From Nitrospirota bacterium (GTDB lineage Bacteria; Nitrospirota; Nitrospiria; Nitrospirales; Nitrospiraceae): a DNA stretch of 64,000 nucleotides. The notes below the pieces were generated by a model that saw only the letters and a list, made by a program, of their open reading frames with translations, searched no databases and was not told where the DNA came from. The stretch spans positions 224,001-288,000 of the forward strand of contig CAVPGK010000011.1 of assembly GCA_963703955.1 (NCBI GenBank), in the 5' to 3' direction. This document shows positions 42,821 to 52,144 of this stretch, piece by piece. Made by a program: the position numbers and the translations under genes. Numbering within the stretch: the stretch's first letter is position 1; the number at the start of each line of letters is the position of its first letter.

Positions 42821-43906
42821 ATGCCGCTGATCTGGTGCTCGATCTCGTCCCATGGCTTCGGACACGCGGCGCAGATCGTTCCCGTCCTGAACGAACTACA
42901 TCGCCGGATTGCGGGGCTCACCATCCTTCTCCGCACCAACGTCCCCGCCCGGTTTTTCAAGGGACGTTTAACTCCGGCTTGGGAGCTTAGTCCAGCCGAG
43001 CAGGATATCGGCTGCGTGCAGCGCGGTCCCTTGCACATCGACCAGAAGGCGACGTGGAATGAGCACATGCGGTTTCATAACAAGTGGGAAAAGCGCCTTC
43101 TCGAGGAAGAGCGTGCGATTCGATCGCGGTCGCCCGATCTCGTATTGTCGAACATCTCCTATCTGGCGATTGAGGCCGCAGATCGAGCGCAAATTCCGTG
43201 TGTCGCCCTCTGCTCTCTCTCATGGGATCGGGTCCTCGAACCCTTCCTGGACTCGACGCAGTCAGAACAGGCCCGAATCCTTGAGGACATGTCGCGATCG
43301 TACCGCCGGGCGCACCTGATGATTCGCCCGATGCCGGGACTGCCTCTGTCCGCCTTTCCGAACATTCGCGACGTCGGTCCCATCGCCGATCCGCTGGCCA
43401 AGGACGGGAACCTCTTACGGGGGCATATTGGCGCATCTGGTGACGAACGAGTGGCGTTGATCGGATTCGGCGGGATTGCTCTGGAAACGTTGCCCTTTGA
43501 TCAACTGGAGGCGATGGCCGGCTATCGGTTCATTGTCAGCGGGCCCGTCCCCGACGGGCACAAGCGCGTCGTTTCGGACATAGGGATTCCTTTGCCATTC
43601 CGCGCCCTGCTCGCCTCCTCCGATCTCGTCGTGACAAAACCCGGCTACAGCACGATCACTGAAACCGTAGCCTCCGCGACTCCTATGGTGTATGTGCGCC
43701 GGTATGATTTTGCGGATGAAAGCAGCCTGGTCGAATACGCCCACCGCTACGGCCGCGCCGTCGAGCTTTCGGCCGAACACTTTGCGACCGGCCGCTGGGA
43801 TCACGCGCTTGATGCCGCATACAATTGTCCTCGGCCTCGTGAATCAGCCCCCCCTCCCACCGGAGCATCGGAAGCAGCTGACATCCTGATGAATTATCTA
43901 CGTTAG
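42821..43906 (+). CDS. GT-B glycosyltransferase-like protein
   Basis: SSHGFGHA, DIGCVQ, LIGFGG, VVTKPGYSTITE. Confidence 0.8.
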   Translation: MPLIWCSISSHGFGHAAQIVPVLNELHRRIAGLTILLRTNVPARFFKGRLTPAWELSPAEQDIGCVQRGPLHIDQKATWNEHMRFHNKWEKRLLEEERAIRSRSPDLVLSNISYLAIEAADRAQIPCVALCSLSWDRVLEPFLDSTQSEQARILEDMSRSYRRAHLMIRPMPGLPLSAFPNIRDVGPIADPLAKDGNLLRGHIGASGDERVALIGFGGIALETLPFDQLEAMAGYRFIVSGPVPDGHKRVVSDIGIPLPFRALLASSDLVVTKPGYSTITETVASATPMVYVRRYDFADESSLVEYAHRYGRAVELSAEHFATGRWDHALDAAYNCPRPRESAPPPTGASEAADILMNYLR

Positions 43907-43917
43907 GCCGCTGCCGT

Positions 43918-44412
43918 TTACATGGCTGCCACGATGTCCTTTTTCATCGGCCCAAGAACACTCAACAGCTCATTCTGTTCGCGTGAGGGGACCTTAAACT
44001 TGTTCAACGTCGCCACCAGGTCACCGACCAAGGCATCAAACTCTTGGCTGGTAATACCCATGCCGGCATGGGTCGTCTTCATATCCCGACCGGTATAGGT
44101 GCACGGGCCGCCGGACGCTGAGCAGATCTGCTCAACTAGGAGAGTCTTTAATCTGGGAATATTGGCATTCGCAAACTTGCCATTGATACGGTTGTCGTTC
44201 GCGACGCGATTGACAAAGTCATCCACGACCGCCGTAATTGCTTCCTTCTTGCCCAGGCGGTCATAGAGTGACGTCGTCACAGCCTTGCCGGCTCCGCCGC
44301 CTGAGGCAGACATGGTACCCTCACTGGCACAGCCCGTTCCCAAGGCCAACAGACCGACGAAAGCCCATCCCCATATGTCTTGATGTCGCACACGCATAGT
44401 GCCCTCGTTCAT
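43918..44412 (-). CDS. glbN: Group I truncated hemoglobin with lipoprotein signal
   Basis: SLYDRLG..AITAVVDDF, GGPCTYTGRDMKTTHAGMGI; N-terminal LALGTGC lipobox. Confidence 0.9.
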   Translation of the reverse strand: MNEGTMRVRHQDIWGWAFVGLLALGTGCASEGTMSASGGGAGKAVTTSLYDRLGKKEAITAVVDDFVNRVANDNRINGKFANANIPRLKTLLVEQICSASGGPCTYTGRDMKTTHAGMGITSQEFDALVGDLVATLNKFKVPSREQNELLSVLGPMKKDIVAAM

Positions 44413-44475
44413 GACGTGACAGATACGGTCACGGAAGTGCCCTTACTTGGTGAGATTTCCTCTCTCCTAGTTGTC

Positions 44476-44503
44476 CCTACGGAAGAAGTCAACGAGTGGA
44501 TGT
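44476..44503 (-). promoter_or_regulatory. ECF sigma promoter for the globin gene
   Basis: Minus strand ACATCC-N16-CGTAGG. Confidence 0.7.
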
Positions 44504-44565
44504 GTCAGGCTCGCGAGCCTGAGCATTCATCTTACCAATGCAACGTGGCAGCGGTGCTCATCAAT

Positions 44566-44593
44566 ACATCCCTTTATCTCGACGGTACGTAGG
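44566..44593 (+). promoter_or_regulatory. ECF sigma autoregulatory promoter
   Basis: Plus strand ACATCC-N16-CGTAGG, identical boxes to the divergent copy. Confidence 0.7.
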
Positions 44594-44637
44594 TATGGTA
44601 TGATGCGCCCGTTCCTCCATCCGGGAGGATCACGCGC

Positions 44638-45225
44638 ATGGAATCAGCCTCGGGACATTCATCAACGGTGATCGATCCGGACCTCTTGGACCTCGTCGCC
44701 AAAGGGGACCGGCGGGCGTTCGGACAGCTCTACGATCAATCTTCACCTTTGCTCTATGCGCTTGCCTTACGCATTCTTGGCGATAAGGAGGAGGCCGAAG
44801 AGCTGCTGCAGGAGGTCTATGCGGAAGTATGGTGCAAGGGTTCCCGGTACGATGCCCGGCGCGGATCGCCTATTGCCTGGCTCGTCACTCTGACACGAAG
44901 CCGCGCGATCGATCGGCTTCGCTCCCGAGCCTCCAAAGGCCGCGGACTGACCGATCCGATCGACAGCACGATCGCGACGACATTGCGGGATCAGGAGCCG
45001 ACCCCGTTTGAGCGGCAGGTGGACGTAGAATTGCGCACGCTGGTCTCCAGGGCTTTGTCCGAGTTGCCGGATGCTCAAAAGGAGGCCCTGGAACTTGCCT
45101 ATTACGAGGGGCTCTCGCATACCGAGATTGCGGCGCGATTGAATCAGCCGGTGGGAACGATCAAGACCCGGATCAAGCTTGGCATGACGAAACTGAAGAC
45201 CTCTCTGCGCTCCTGTTGGGACTAA
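44638..45225 (+). CDS. ECF RNA polymerase sigma factor (SigK-like)
   Basis: AFGQLYD, AEELLQEVY, SRAIDRLR, LAYYEGLSHTEIA..GTIKTRI. Confidence 0.93.
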   Translation: MESASGHSSTVIDPDLLDLVAKGDRRAFGQLYDQSSPLLYALALRILGDKEEAEELLQEVYAEVWCKGSRYDARRGSPIAWLVTLTRSRAIDRLRSRASKGRGLTDPIDSTIATTLRDQEPTPFERQVDVELRTLVSRALSELPDAQKEALELAYYEGLSHTEIAARLNQPVGTIKTRIKLGMTKLKTSLRSCWD

Positions 45226-45226
45226 C

Positions 45227-46234
45227 GTGGGACACGAACAGTTCGAAGAGATCCTCTCTCTCTATGCCATCGGGGCGCTCGACCGCCACGAGCGACAAGC
45301 GATGGAAGCGCACCTGTTGACAGGATGCGCGCCCTGTCACGCCGCGTTGAAGGACTACCATGCGGTGGCCGGAATCCTGCCCTACGGACTTGAGCCCGCT
45401 TCCGTTCCACCCGAATTGAGAAAGCTGACACTCAAGACAGCCTTTGAGAGGGCCGCGCGGCCACATGAAGCCATCATATCTGAGCCGCGCACGGCTGTTT
45501 CGTGGTTTGATCGACTCTTTCCCGCTTCTGCACTCCGGCTGTTCCAGCCGGTCGCGACCATGGCCTTACTGCTCTTGCTGGCGGGCACCGGATTCTACGC
45601 CTGGGTGACTCACTCGCAGATGGCGACGGAGGCGGAACAACGACACCAGGCGGAAACAGCCTTGCAAGAAGCCATGACACGTACGGCCCAGTTGCAACAG
45701 CAGGTCGCCCAGAAAGAGCAGGCCCTTGTCACGATGAAAGAGGAGATCGGGCAGGCCGGCAATGTCGGTGAAATGGAAACGGCGCTGCATGAGCGTCAAA
45801 CCGAGGTGGATCAATTGCGCGCGCAAGTAGCTCAGGCCGACAAGGACACGACCGGCCTGCGGCGCGCCCTTGCGCAGCGTGATGAAATGCTCACCTTCTT
45901 GCGGTCGGCCCACGTCAAGGTCGTCTCGCTTTCCGGATTAGAGAACGCCAAGTCCGCAGGCGCCTTCCTCCTATTCGACCGCGAGACCAAGAAGGCCTTT
46001 TTTTATGCGTTCAACATGCCGGCGCTTCCACCTGGAAAGACCTACCAATTATGGGCCATCGTCGATAAACCCATGAGCGCCGGCGTGTTCACCACTGACG
46101 ATGGTCAAAAAGGCCGATTGATTATCCGAAGCCTTCCGGATTGGTCCCGAATCACCAAGTTCGCAGTCAGTCTGGAGCCAGAAGGAGGACAACCGCAACC
46201 TACCGGCAGCATTTATCTGGCCGGCCAGATTTGA
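45227..46234 (+). CDS. Anti-sigma factor (RskA-like) with zinc-finger N-terminus and long coiled coil
   Basis: YAIGAL..HLLTGCAPC, TM helix, coiled coil, TYQLWAI, FAVSLEPEGG..PTG. Confidence 0.9.
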   Translation: MGHEQFEEILSLYAIGALDRHERQAMEAHLLTGCAPCHAALKDYHAVAGILPYGLEPASVPPELRKLTLKTAFERAARPHEAIISEPRTAVSWFDRLFPASALRLFQPVATMALLLLLAGTGFYAWVTHSQMATEAEQRHQAETALQEAMTRTAQLQQQVAQKEQALVTMKEEIGQAGNVGEMETALHERQTEVDQLRAQVAQADKDTTGLRRALAQRDEMLTFLRSAHVKVVSLSGLENAKSAGAFLLFDRETKKAFFYAFNMPALPPGKTYQLWAIVDKPMSAGVFTTDDGQKGRLIIRSLPDWSRITKFAVSLEPEGGQPQPTGSIYLAGQI

Positions 46235-46330
46235 TCTGCTTTCCCCCATCAGCCGCCTCGCGAGAATTCGCCAAACCCCTATTTCGTTGTTTGCTTGTAT
46301 GTTATGGTACCGAATGTGTGAGAGTTCAGC

Positions 46331-46747
46331 ATGAAACAGGCGGTACAGTCTCTACGGCGTATTCATTCCACGACTCTCCTGGCCGCCCTCAACGGAGTGT
46401 TCGCCTTATGGCTCATTGGCTGCACGGCTCATGAGCCCGTCGTCCGCCACCCGCTAGGCGAAAGGTTGATCGGAAAAAGCAACCAGGAACTCTTGGCCTG
46501 TGCGGGCATCCCCCTTCGGGAAACCAACGTTGGCGATGGTACCGTGCTGAGCTATTATAAAGAGACCTCTATGCTCGCAGAGTCGTTCGTCGGTTCCAAA
46601 GAAAGCAAACCACTGATCCATGGAGGCTGTTGGGCACATGTTATGCTTTCCGACGGTCAAGTGACAGGGGTGGAGTTCAAGCCTGTGCCGGCCCACCTGG
46701 AAACCATCGAACCATGTGAGGAGATTTTCCAATCCTGCGTTCAGTAG
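46331..46747 (+). CDS. Hypothetical lipoprotein
   Basis: LIGC lipobox, LIGKS..ELLACAGIP. Confidence 0.7.
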   Translation: MKQAVQSLRRIHSTTLLAALNGVFALWLIGCTAHEPVVRHPLGERLIGKSNQELLACAGIPLRETNVGDGTVLSYYKETSMLAESFVGSKESKPLIHGGCWAHVMLSDGQVTGVEFKPVPAHLETIEPCEEIFQSCVQ

Positions 46748-46932
46748 CGATAGCGCGCCTTGGTCCTGAAAACGACGGTGGTCAGTCGTAAAACGAGCCG
46801 TCTGAATAGCTCGATCCGCCGATTCACTAGCTCATGGGTCATTGCCTGCCTTCCCTGAACCCTGAACGCCTCCCCTGGCAAAGACTTCGGGGTCTTGATG
46901 CAATCGTAACGTTCTTGTTGTATTGGTGATGC

Positions 46933-47868
46933 ATGTTGGGCCGGAGCTTGACTGAAAACCGTCTGTTCCTGGGGAGCGAGCCGCTTGTCCCCAGTGTGAT
47001 CTGCCTCGTCTTATTCTGGGTCAATCCCGATTTCGGATTGGCTTTGGAGAAGTATGGGCGTCCGCTCCCGTCTCTTGAAGAGCCGGAGTCCGTCGAGCGG
47101 GAAGCAGAAGAGAGCTTATTCGGCGGCTACTTCCTCACTGCGGCTTTCGTGCATAATCCCACATTCGCCGCTCGTCCGGATAATACCGGCTTGGTCGGAC
47201 TTCGATATATGCTTCACCTGGAAACCGACCTGTACAAGCAATACCTCACCTTCTATACCGATCAAAATTTCTTCTCCGATCGGACCAACGGATGGATCAT
47301 ATTAAGCGAATGGGATGCCACGTTTGCCCTGACGGGGCTAATCGATCGCATCGGTTGGCGCATTCAATATGAGCGGGATGCACCGCTCGACAGAAGCGGG
47401 TTGAAACAGATCTACGCCGATGCCCTCCTCACCGGTCGTTTTGTGGCCGCCCAGGATTCTGCATGGTGGCGCCAAACATTCCCTTCGCAGAATCTCACGG
47501 CGTATGCCGGCGGCGGCTGGCTCTTTCATAACCGTAACTACTTTGCGCGCCCTGATAATACAGGAAGGGCCCTGTTCAGGTATGTCGCCCACGCGGACTT
47601 GGACCTCTATAAGAACAAAGTTGTGCTGTATTTCGACACGAATTTCTTCACAGATCGCGAAGCGAGCAATGTATTGAGTCCCACTGAGCTAGATTGGATC
47701 GTCGGGCTTGCGTTCCGCTGGCACGATATGGAGTTCAGCGTGTACCGGGAGCAAGACCTGCCGTTAGACAAGCCGGGCACCCTCATTCAGCAATACGTAG
47801 CGGTTCAGCTCAGGTTCGCCTTTGATGTGCCAAAACGGGCGCTGGAGAAATTCGTAAAAAGACAGTAG
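46933..47868 (+). CDS. Hypothetical exported protein, possible beta-barrel with two-fold internal repeat
   Basis: HNPTFAARPDNTG..RY..H.E.DLYK..FYTDQNFFSDR repeated as HNRNYFARPDNTG..RY..H.D.DLYK..YFDTNFFTDR; start uncertain. Confidence 0.7.
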   Translation: MLGRSLTENRLFLGSEPLVPSVICLVLFWVNPDFGLALEKYGRPLPSLEEPESVEREAEESLFGGYFLTAAFVHNPTFAARPDNTGLVGLRYMLHLETDLYKQYLTFYTDQNFFSDRTNGWIILSEWDATFALTGLIDRIGWRIQYERDAPLDRSGLKQIYADALLTGRFVAAQDSAWWRQTFPSQNLTAYAGGGWLFHNRNYFARPDNTGRALFRYVAHADLDLYKNKVVLYFDTNFFTDREASNVLSPTELDWIVGLAFRWHDMEFSVYREQDLPLDKPGTLIQQYVAVQLRFAFDVPKRALEKFVKRQ

Positions 47869-48000
47869 AGCGGACACCCTGCCAGTGTGAAGCAACCAAC
47901 CTCATGGTCACAAGGGCTTACTCCCGCGCATGGGCTGTGGTAAGATACCGCCCGATTATTAGACTTCGGGCTGATGTCGTATACCAGTAAGCGAGCAACC

Positions 48001-48489
48001 ATGACATTCATTACAGATCGAGACATTGAATTCATGCAGATGGCGCTGGACCAGGCCAGGCTTGCCCCCGCACTCGGCGAGGTGCCGATCGCGGCGGTGA
48101 TCGTCATGGAGGGGAAGGTGTTGGCACAGGTTCACAACTTTCGGGAAGTTCGGCAGGATCCGACAGCCCATGCAGAAGTAGTTGCGATCCGCGAGGTGGC
48201 CAACCGTCTGGGCACGTGGCGACTGACTGGCGCCACCATGTATGTGACCGTCGAGCCGTGCTCGATGTGCGCGGGCGCGATCATCCAGGCCCGCCTTTCA
48301 CGGCTCGTCTTCGGGGCCAAAGATCCTAAAGCTGGCGCCTGCGGCTCAGTCTTCAATCTCCCGAACGAGCGACGCCTGAATCATCGGGTCACGGTATGCG
48401 GCGGCATCTTGGAGCGTGAATGCCAGGACCTGATGCAGACATTCTTTCGAGGCCTACGGGAGGATATCGAGGAGCAGGCCGGGCTTTAG
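48001..48489 (+). CDS. tadA: tRNA adenosine(34) deaminase
   Basis: GEVPIAAV, DPTAHAE, YVTVEPCSMCAGA, FGAKDPKAGACGS, LNH. Confidence 0.95.
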   Translation: MTFITDRDIEFMQMALDQARLAPALGEVPIAAVIVMEGKVLAQVHNFREVRQDPTAHAEVVAIREVANRLGTWRLTGATMYVTVEPCSMCAGAIIQARLSRLVFGAKDPKAGACGSVFNLPNERRLNHRVTVCGGILERECQDLMQTFFRGLREDIEEQAGL

Positions 48490-48562
48490 GGGAGTGGTAG
48501 TCGGACTGCCCTTGCCACGAATTGATATTGAACGTCCGTTCACTAGGGATGACTGACGATAT

Positions 48563-48604
48563 GGAGAGGTGCGAGAGTGGCCGAATCGGGCAGTCTCGAA
48601 AACC
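48563..48604 (+). pseudogene. 5' half of tRNA-Ser(CGA); left attachment site of the island
   Basis: 42 nt matching 53065-53106 at 40 positions, ending just past the anticodon loop. Confidence 0.9.
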
Positions 48605-48720
48605 CGCGCAGCACGGTCGTCAAAGCCCGCAGAAAGTTTACGAATGCCGCATGCATACAGGGGAGAAGCGATGTTGACTCTCTCCCCTGCTTTCCTCCCG
48701 ATTCCCCTGGTTTCCCCACT

Positions 48721-48743
48721 TATTTCACAACGCTTTTCACAAC
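48721..48743 (+). repeat. Tandem TTTCACAAC pair, putative integrase arm-type site (left)
   Basis: TATTTCACAACGCTTTTCACAAC; matches 52963-52985 at 20/23 positions. Confidence 0.65.
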
Positions 48744-48929
48744 AACGTCAAAATACGTATGCTCTACGTGATTGCCTCTTGTGTGAGCCTGGGAGAACGC
48801 CATCAGTACCTACCCCTACCTCATCCGCTGATCGTTCAGCTTGAGCCAACTGTGTGCGCCGGGGAATGAACCGGGGTAAACACCGGAAGCACGGGAACTA
48901 CGTAGTAAAGCGCCGAATGGCCTCGCTCG

Positions 48930-48958
48930 TTGACAACTACTGATAGCGGGAGTACTAT
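48930..48958 (+). promoter_or_regulatory. Near-consensus sigma70 promoter in the island
   Basis: TTGACA-N17-TACTAT, overlapped by the GATAG-N8-CTATC inverted repeat. Confidence 0.75.
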
Positions 48959-49071
48959 CGCATTTAGAAGTTGAATGCTTCGGAGGGTCAGCCTGGAAAG
49001 GCGACCCTGGAATGAACCAGCGCCCTGTGTGGGGCGCGCTTATAAACTCTGTTAGGAGGAGGTTGTACACC

Positions 49072-49566
49072 ATGTCCAATCTATTTTCTCGCCTCGAAGA
49101 CCTCTCAAATCGTCTCAACGCCTCTTCTGATGATGTCAATGAAACAATCAGACGGGTAGAGGCAAAACTCGCCACGTTGCGGCTCGGTGTCGAAGCATGG
49201 CTGCCGGAGCCTCCTCTCAAAACTGACGTCCAGTTTTTTGACGAGCCAGCTGTTGCAGATGTGCTCAAGCCAGGTATGTACGTCGTAAAGGCACGGCTTG
49301 GCTATGCAAAGGTCCGCAACGCTTCCACGCCGAGCGGCAGTTGGTGTCTGGCCATCTCCCGGCATATAGGTGACCTCCCTCACAATGTGGGTATTCACAG
49401 TAATACAGTTCTCCTCGATACGACGCCTCTCCTACAAGCCTCACGTGGCATGCGAATCCTGGCACTCCACAAGATACCGGCGCTATTAGTGGAATTGGAG
49501 CGGTGCGCAAAGGTGTCATTAGATTCGGTGGAAGACGCCAAGAAGGCTGCACAAACCATACTCTAG
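49072..49566 (+). CDS. Hypothetical protein (island)
   Basis: RBS aggagg; N-terminal coiled coil LNASSDDVNETIRRVEAKL..LRLGVEAW. Confidence 0.75.
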   Translation: MSNLFSRLEDLSNRLNASSDDVNETIRRVEAKLATLRLGVEAWLPEPPLKTDVQFFDEPAVADVLKPGMYVVKARLGYAKVRNASTPSGSWCLAISRHIGDLPHNVGIHSNTVLLDTTPLLQASRGMRILALHKIPALLVELERCAKVSLDSVEDAKKAAQTIL

Positions 49567-49653
49567 CGCGACATTTTGTTATGTTGCCCAGCAAAGCAAT
49601 GGATCGGGAACGATCCGCAACTATGATGCCTGTCCGGCATCGAGGGGGAACCC

Positions 49654-50061
49654 ATGGAAGTCCTGTCGGGACCGAAGAATCAAGGTCGGTTTGTCTTCCC
49701 TGAATCCGAGACCTTCGAGCATCATGGTCTCGTTTTTCGCTCTCGCTCAGAAATCAAAATCTTCGATGCACTCGTAAGGCGCCGTGTTCTTTTCTGTCCG
49801 CTCCCCGTAGCGGTCCTCGGTGACGTTGGCGTATATCGTGAGCCGGATTTCCTTGTGTTCCATCGAGGAAGGAGCGGCATTCTGGATGTCCAAGGATCGG
49901 CGTTCCATCCGCCTGAGACCGCCGCCGTTGAGCATGAGAGGCGTCGTCGATTCATCGACCTTGGTATCAATGAATTTGAAATCTACGATGCTGGATCGTG
50001 TTACAACCAGCCGGAGAAGGTTGTGGGAGACTTCCTTAGTCGGCTCGGCAATCGTCGTTGA
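49654..50061 (+). CDS. PD-(D/E)XK-like (DUF559/Vsr-type) nuclease domain protein
   Basis: RSRSE..IFDAL..YREPDFLV...ILDVQG..FH motif order. Confidence 0.65.
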   Translation: MEVLSGPKNQGRFVFPESETFEHHGLVFRSRSEIKIFDALVRRRVLFCPLPVAVLGDVGVYREPDFLVFHRGRSGILDVQGSAFHPPETAAVEHERRRRFIDLGINEFEIYDAGSCYNQPEKVVGDFLSRLGNRR

Positions 50062-50087
50062 GGCTAGTCCCAACAGGAAGGGGCGCC

Positions 50088-50817
50088 ATGCCAAAGAAAG
50101 TTTCCTTCGTCCTTCAGTTCACCCTCTCCGCAGAAGAAAAAAAGTCGTTTATCCAACAGGCGCGGCGAGAAGCTGAACGCGAAGCGCTGACAGTGGAAGG
50201 CGAACCATCTGACGATTGAGACTCGCGGCCGTCACGCTGACGTGCGAAAGGAGGTCAAGGCGGCCCTCGATGAGGGCGTCAAACTACTTGAGGAGCTAGC
50301 CCAGCGGGGAACGCCCGGCCTTCCCGTCGCCGGTCGCGCTAAAACGCTCCGAACGCAATGGTTCGAGTTGGCGCGATATGTCCTGACGGCACGACGTGGC
50401 TGGAAGCTCGACAAAGGTGGGCGAACCTTTAGCAGGCGAAACCCTGACGACGGCACTACCGAAACCCTCGCGCATTCTGCCGTGCGAAACGCGGCCTGGG
50501 TCTACCGGATTACCGAGAAAGCGAACCCCGCCGCCGACGAGATTAGATTTCTCAAAACGCACGCTCCAGGCATCTATCGCCACGCTTTTGTCGAATGGCC
50601 CGAAGTCATCCCTCCGGGGCAAGCATGCCGGTGGCTCGTCTCGACGCCGGAAACAACCTGGAGGACTGCCCCGGGCGGGCGCAGGCTCGTTTTCTGGCGG
50701 CCTCCAGGACGAGACCATTTTTGTGTGAGGGCACGGCATGATCGATCCGTCGAGCGTGTTTCATCGCATAGACCGCGTCATGAGGATCGCCGCGTAGGTG
50801 GGCCTGGAAGGCGCTAG
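50088..50817 (+). pseudogene. Hypothetical protein, probably frameshifted
   Basis: RBS and ATG at 50088 open a short frame (MPKKVSFVLQF...) that runs into the 50242-50817 frame. Confidence 0.35.
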
Positions 50818-50897
50818 GATGAGCCGGACACTATCATCCCCTGAAGCTTGGGTAGGAATCATTCATCCTGAGCTAACTGCGTGCGACGGGGCGGTGG

Positions 50898-51311
50898 TCA
50901 GTTTGAGTCCATCCATGTTATCGCCATGGCCAATGCGGCATTATTCGCCTCTTCCTCACTAGCAAAATGCCTAGTCGCATCATGAATCGGTGTTATGGTT
51001 ACCATGCCTTTAGTGGATGCCCGAATATCGACGGCGGCAATCCATCCAGCTCCAGGGCGGCTTTCATAAGACACAAGGCTAAATTGCCGATTGTTATAAA
51101 TGCGCCATTCATGCATTTTAAGAATCTCCGCGTGCTTCGTCTCCGTCAACTTCATGGTGGCCTTGGCAGCGGCGCGTCGCCGCTGCCAGTTATGCTCAGC
51201 ACAATTTTCGGGCATTGTGACGAACGGGCACATAGCCAAGAGGTCCGACAGTGCATCCCGTAGCCGCTGGACCTTGTCTTGTTCATCGCGCAGTATCACA
51301 AACAGGCTCAT
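50898..51311 (-). CDS. Hypothetical protein (island)
   Basis: RBS ggagg before MSLFVILRDE; C-terminal small domain ending FASEEEANNAALAMAITWMD. Confidence 0.5.
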   Translation of the reverse strand: MSLFVILRDEQDKVQRLRDALSDLLAMCPFVTMPENCAEHNWQRRRAAAKATMKLTETKHAEILKMHEWRIYNNRQFSLVSYESRPGAGWIAAVDIRASTKGMVTITPIHDATRHFASEEEANNAALAMAITWMDSN

Positions 51312-51516
51312 TGATCGACCTCCCGGCGAGGCAGGCTCTTTGGACTGGCCGCCCACCGCGCCCATTGTTTGGCGGCTTCCACCCTATCTCGTGCACAGAG
51401 TGTTTGAAGCCGCATACGCTCATTCATTTTAAGACTTGGCTCCAAGCCGCAGAACGCCTCAGTTGCATACGGCCTTAATCTTGGCAGCCTCTGCTCCTGA
51501 ACGTACCGCGCACTGG

Positions 51517-51786
51517 CTACGCGGCGCGCCTTGGATCGCAAGTGGGTACGCGAGGCGTCAACGCAATCAGGTAATCTCCCTGGGAATGAATCCGCATGGA
51601 GATATCGCCCTGACGGCTTAACCGATCGATTGCGAGAAGCAACTGCGCCCAGTTGGCTTCAGGAAGGGACGCTCCGAATTGATCGAGGGTCTGAGGCCCT
51701 CGCTCTCGTAATTTTCCGAGCACCCATTCCTCGACAGACGGCCCTTGCATGTCGAGAAGTCGTGTCTCGATGGTTGTGGCGCTCAT
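51517..51786 (-). CDS. Small winged-helix-like hypothetical protein
   Basis: RBS ggagg, WAQLLLAIDRLSRQGDI; preceded by a sigma54 promoter. Confidence 0.75.
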   Translation of the reverse strand: MSATTIETRLLDMQGPSVEEWVLGKLRERGPQTLDQFGASLPEANWAQLLLAIDRLSRQGDISMRIHSQGDYLIALTPRVPTCDPRRAA

Positions 51787-51825
51787 GTTTGAACCTCCAT
51801 CGTGGTTAGTATGAAGGTCATGTGA

Positions 51826-51841
51826 AGCAACGAGGGTGCCA
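51826..51841 (-). promoter_or_regulatory. Sigma54 promoter
   Basis: Minus strand TGGCACCCTCGTTGCT, near consensus; TGT-N10-ACA at 51903-51918. Confidence 0.8.
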
Positions 51842-52144
51842 GCGAGATTGTTCTTATCTTTCAGTCAGGAGGAATTGTATGGCGAACCAAATCTGACAAA
51901 TTTGTTGGTAATCGAACAAGATTGAAAGAACCGCTCCGCCTGCCTCCAAGGGGAACTCCTCCCCTCCACCAGGCGAGGCGGGCGCGACCTTTTTTGAGGG
52001 AACCGGCATGATCGATCCATGGACCTATGCGTGGCGGTGGTCATGGTGGGCTTGGTGGCATGGCTGTTGATCGTGGAGCGGCCATGGAAATGGGCGGCGG
52101 TGCAAACGCACCCCGTAAGGTGACCCACGGCGGAAATGGACCTG

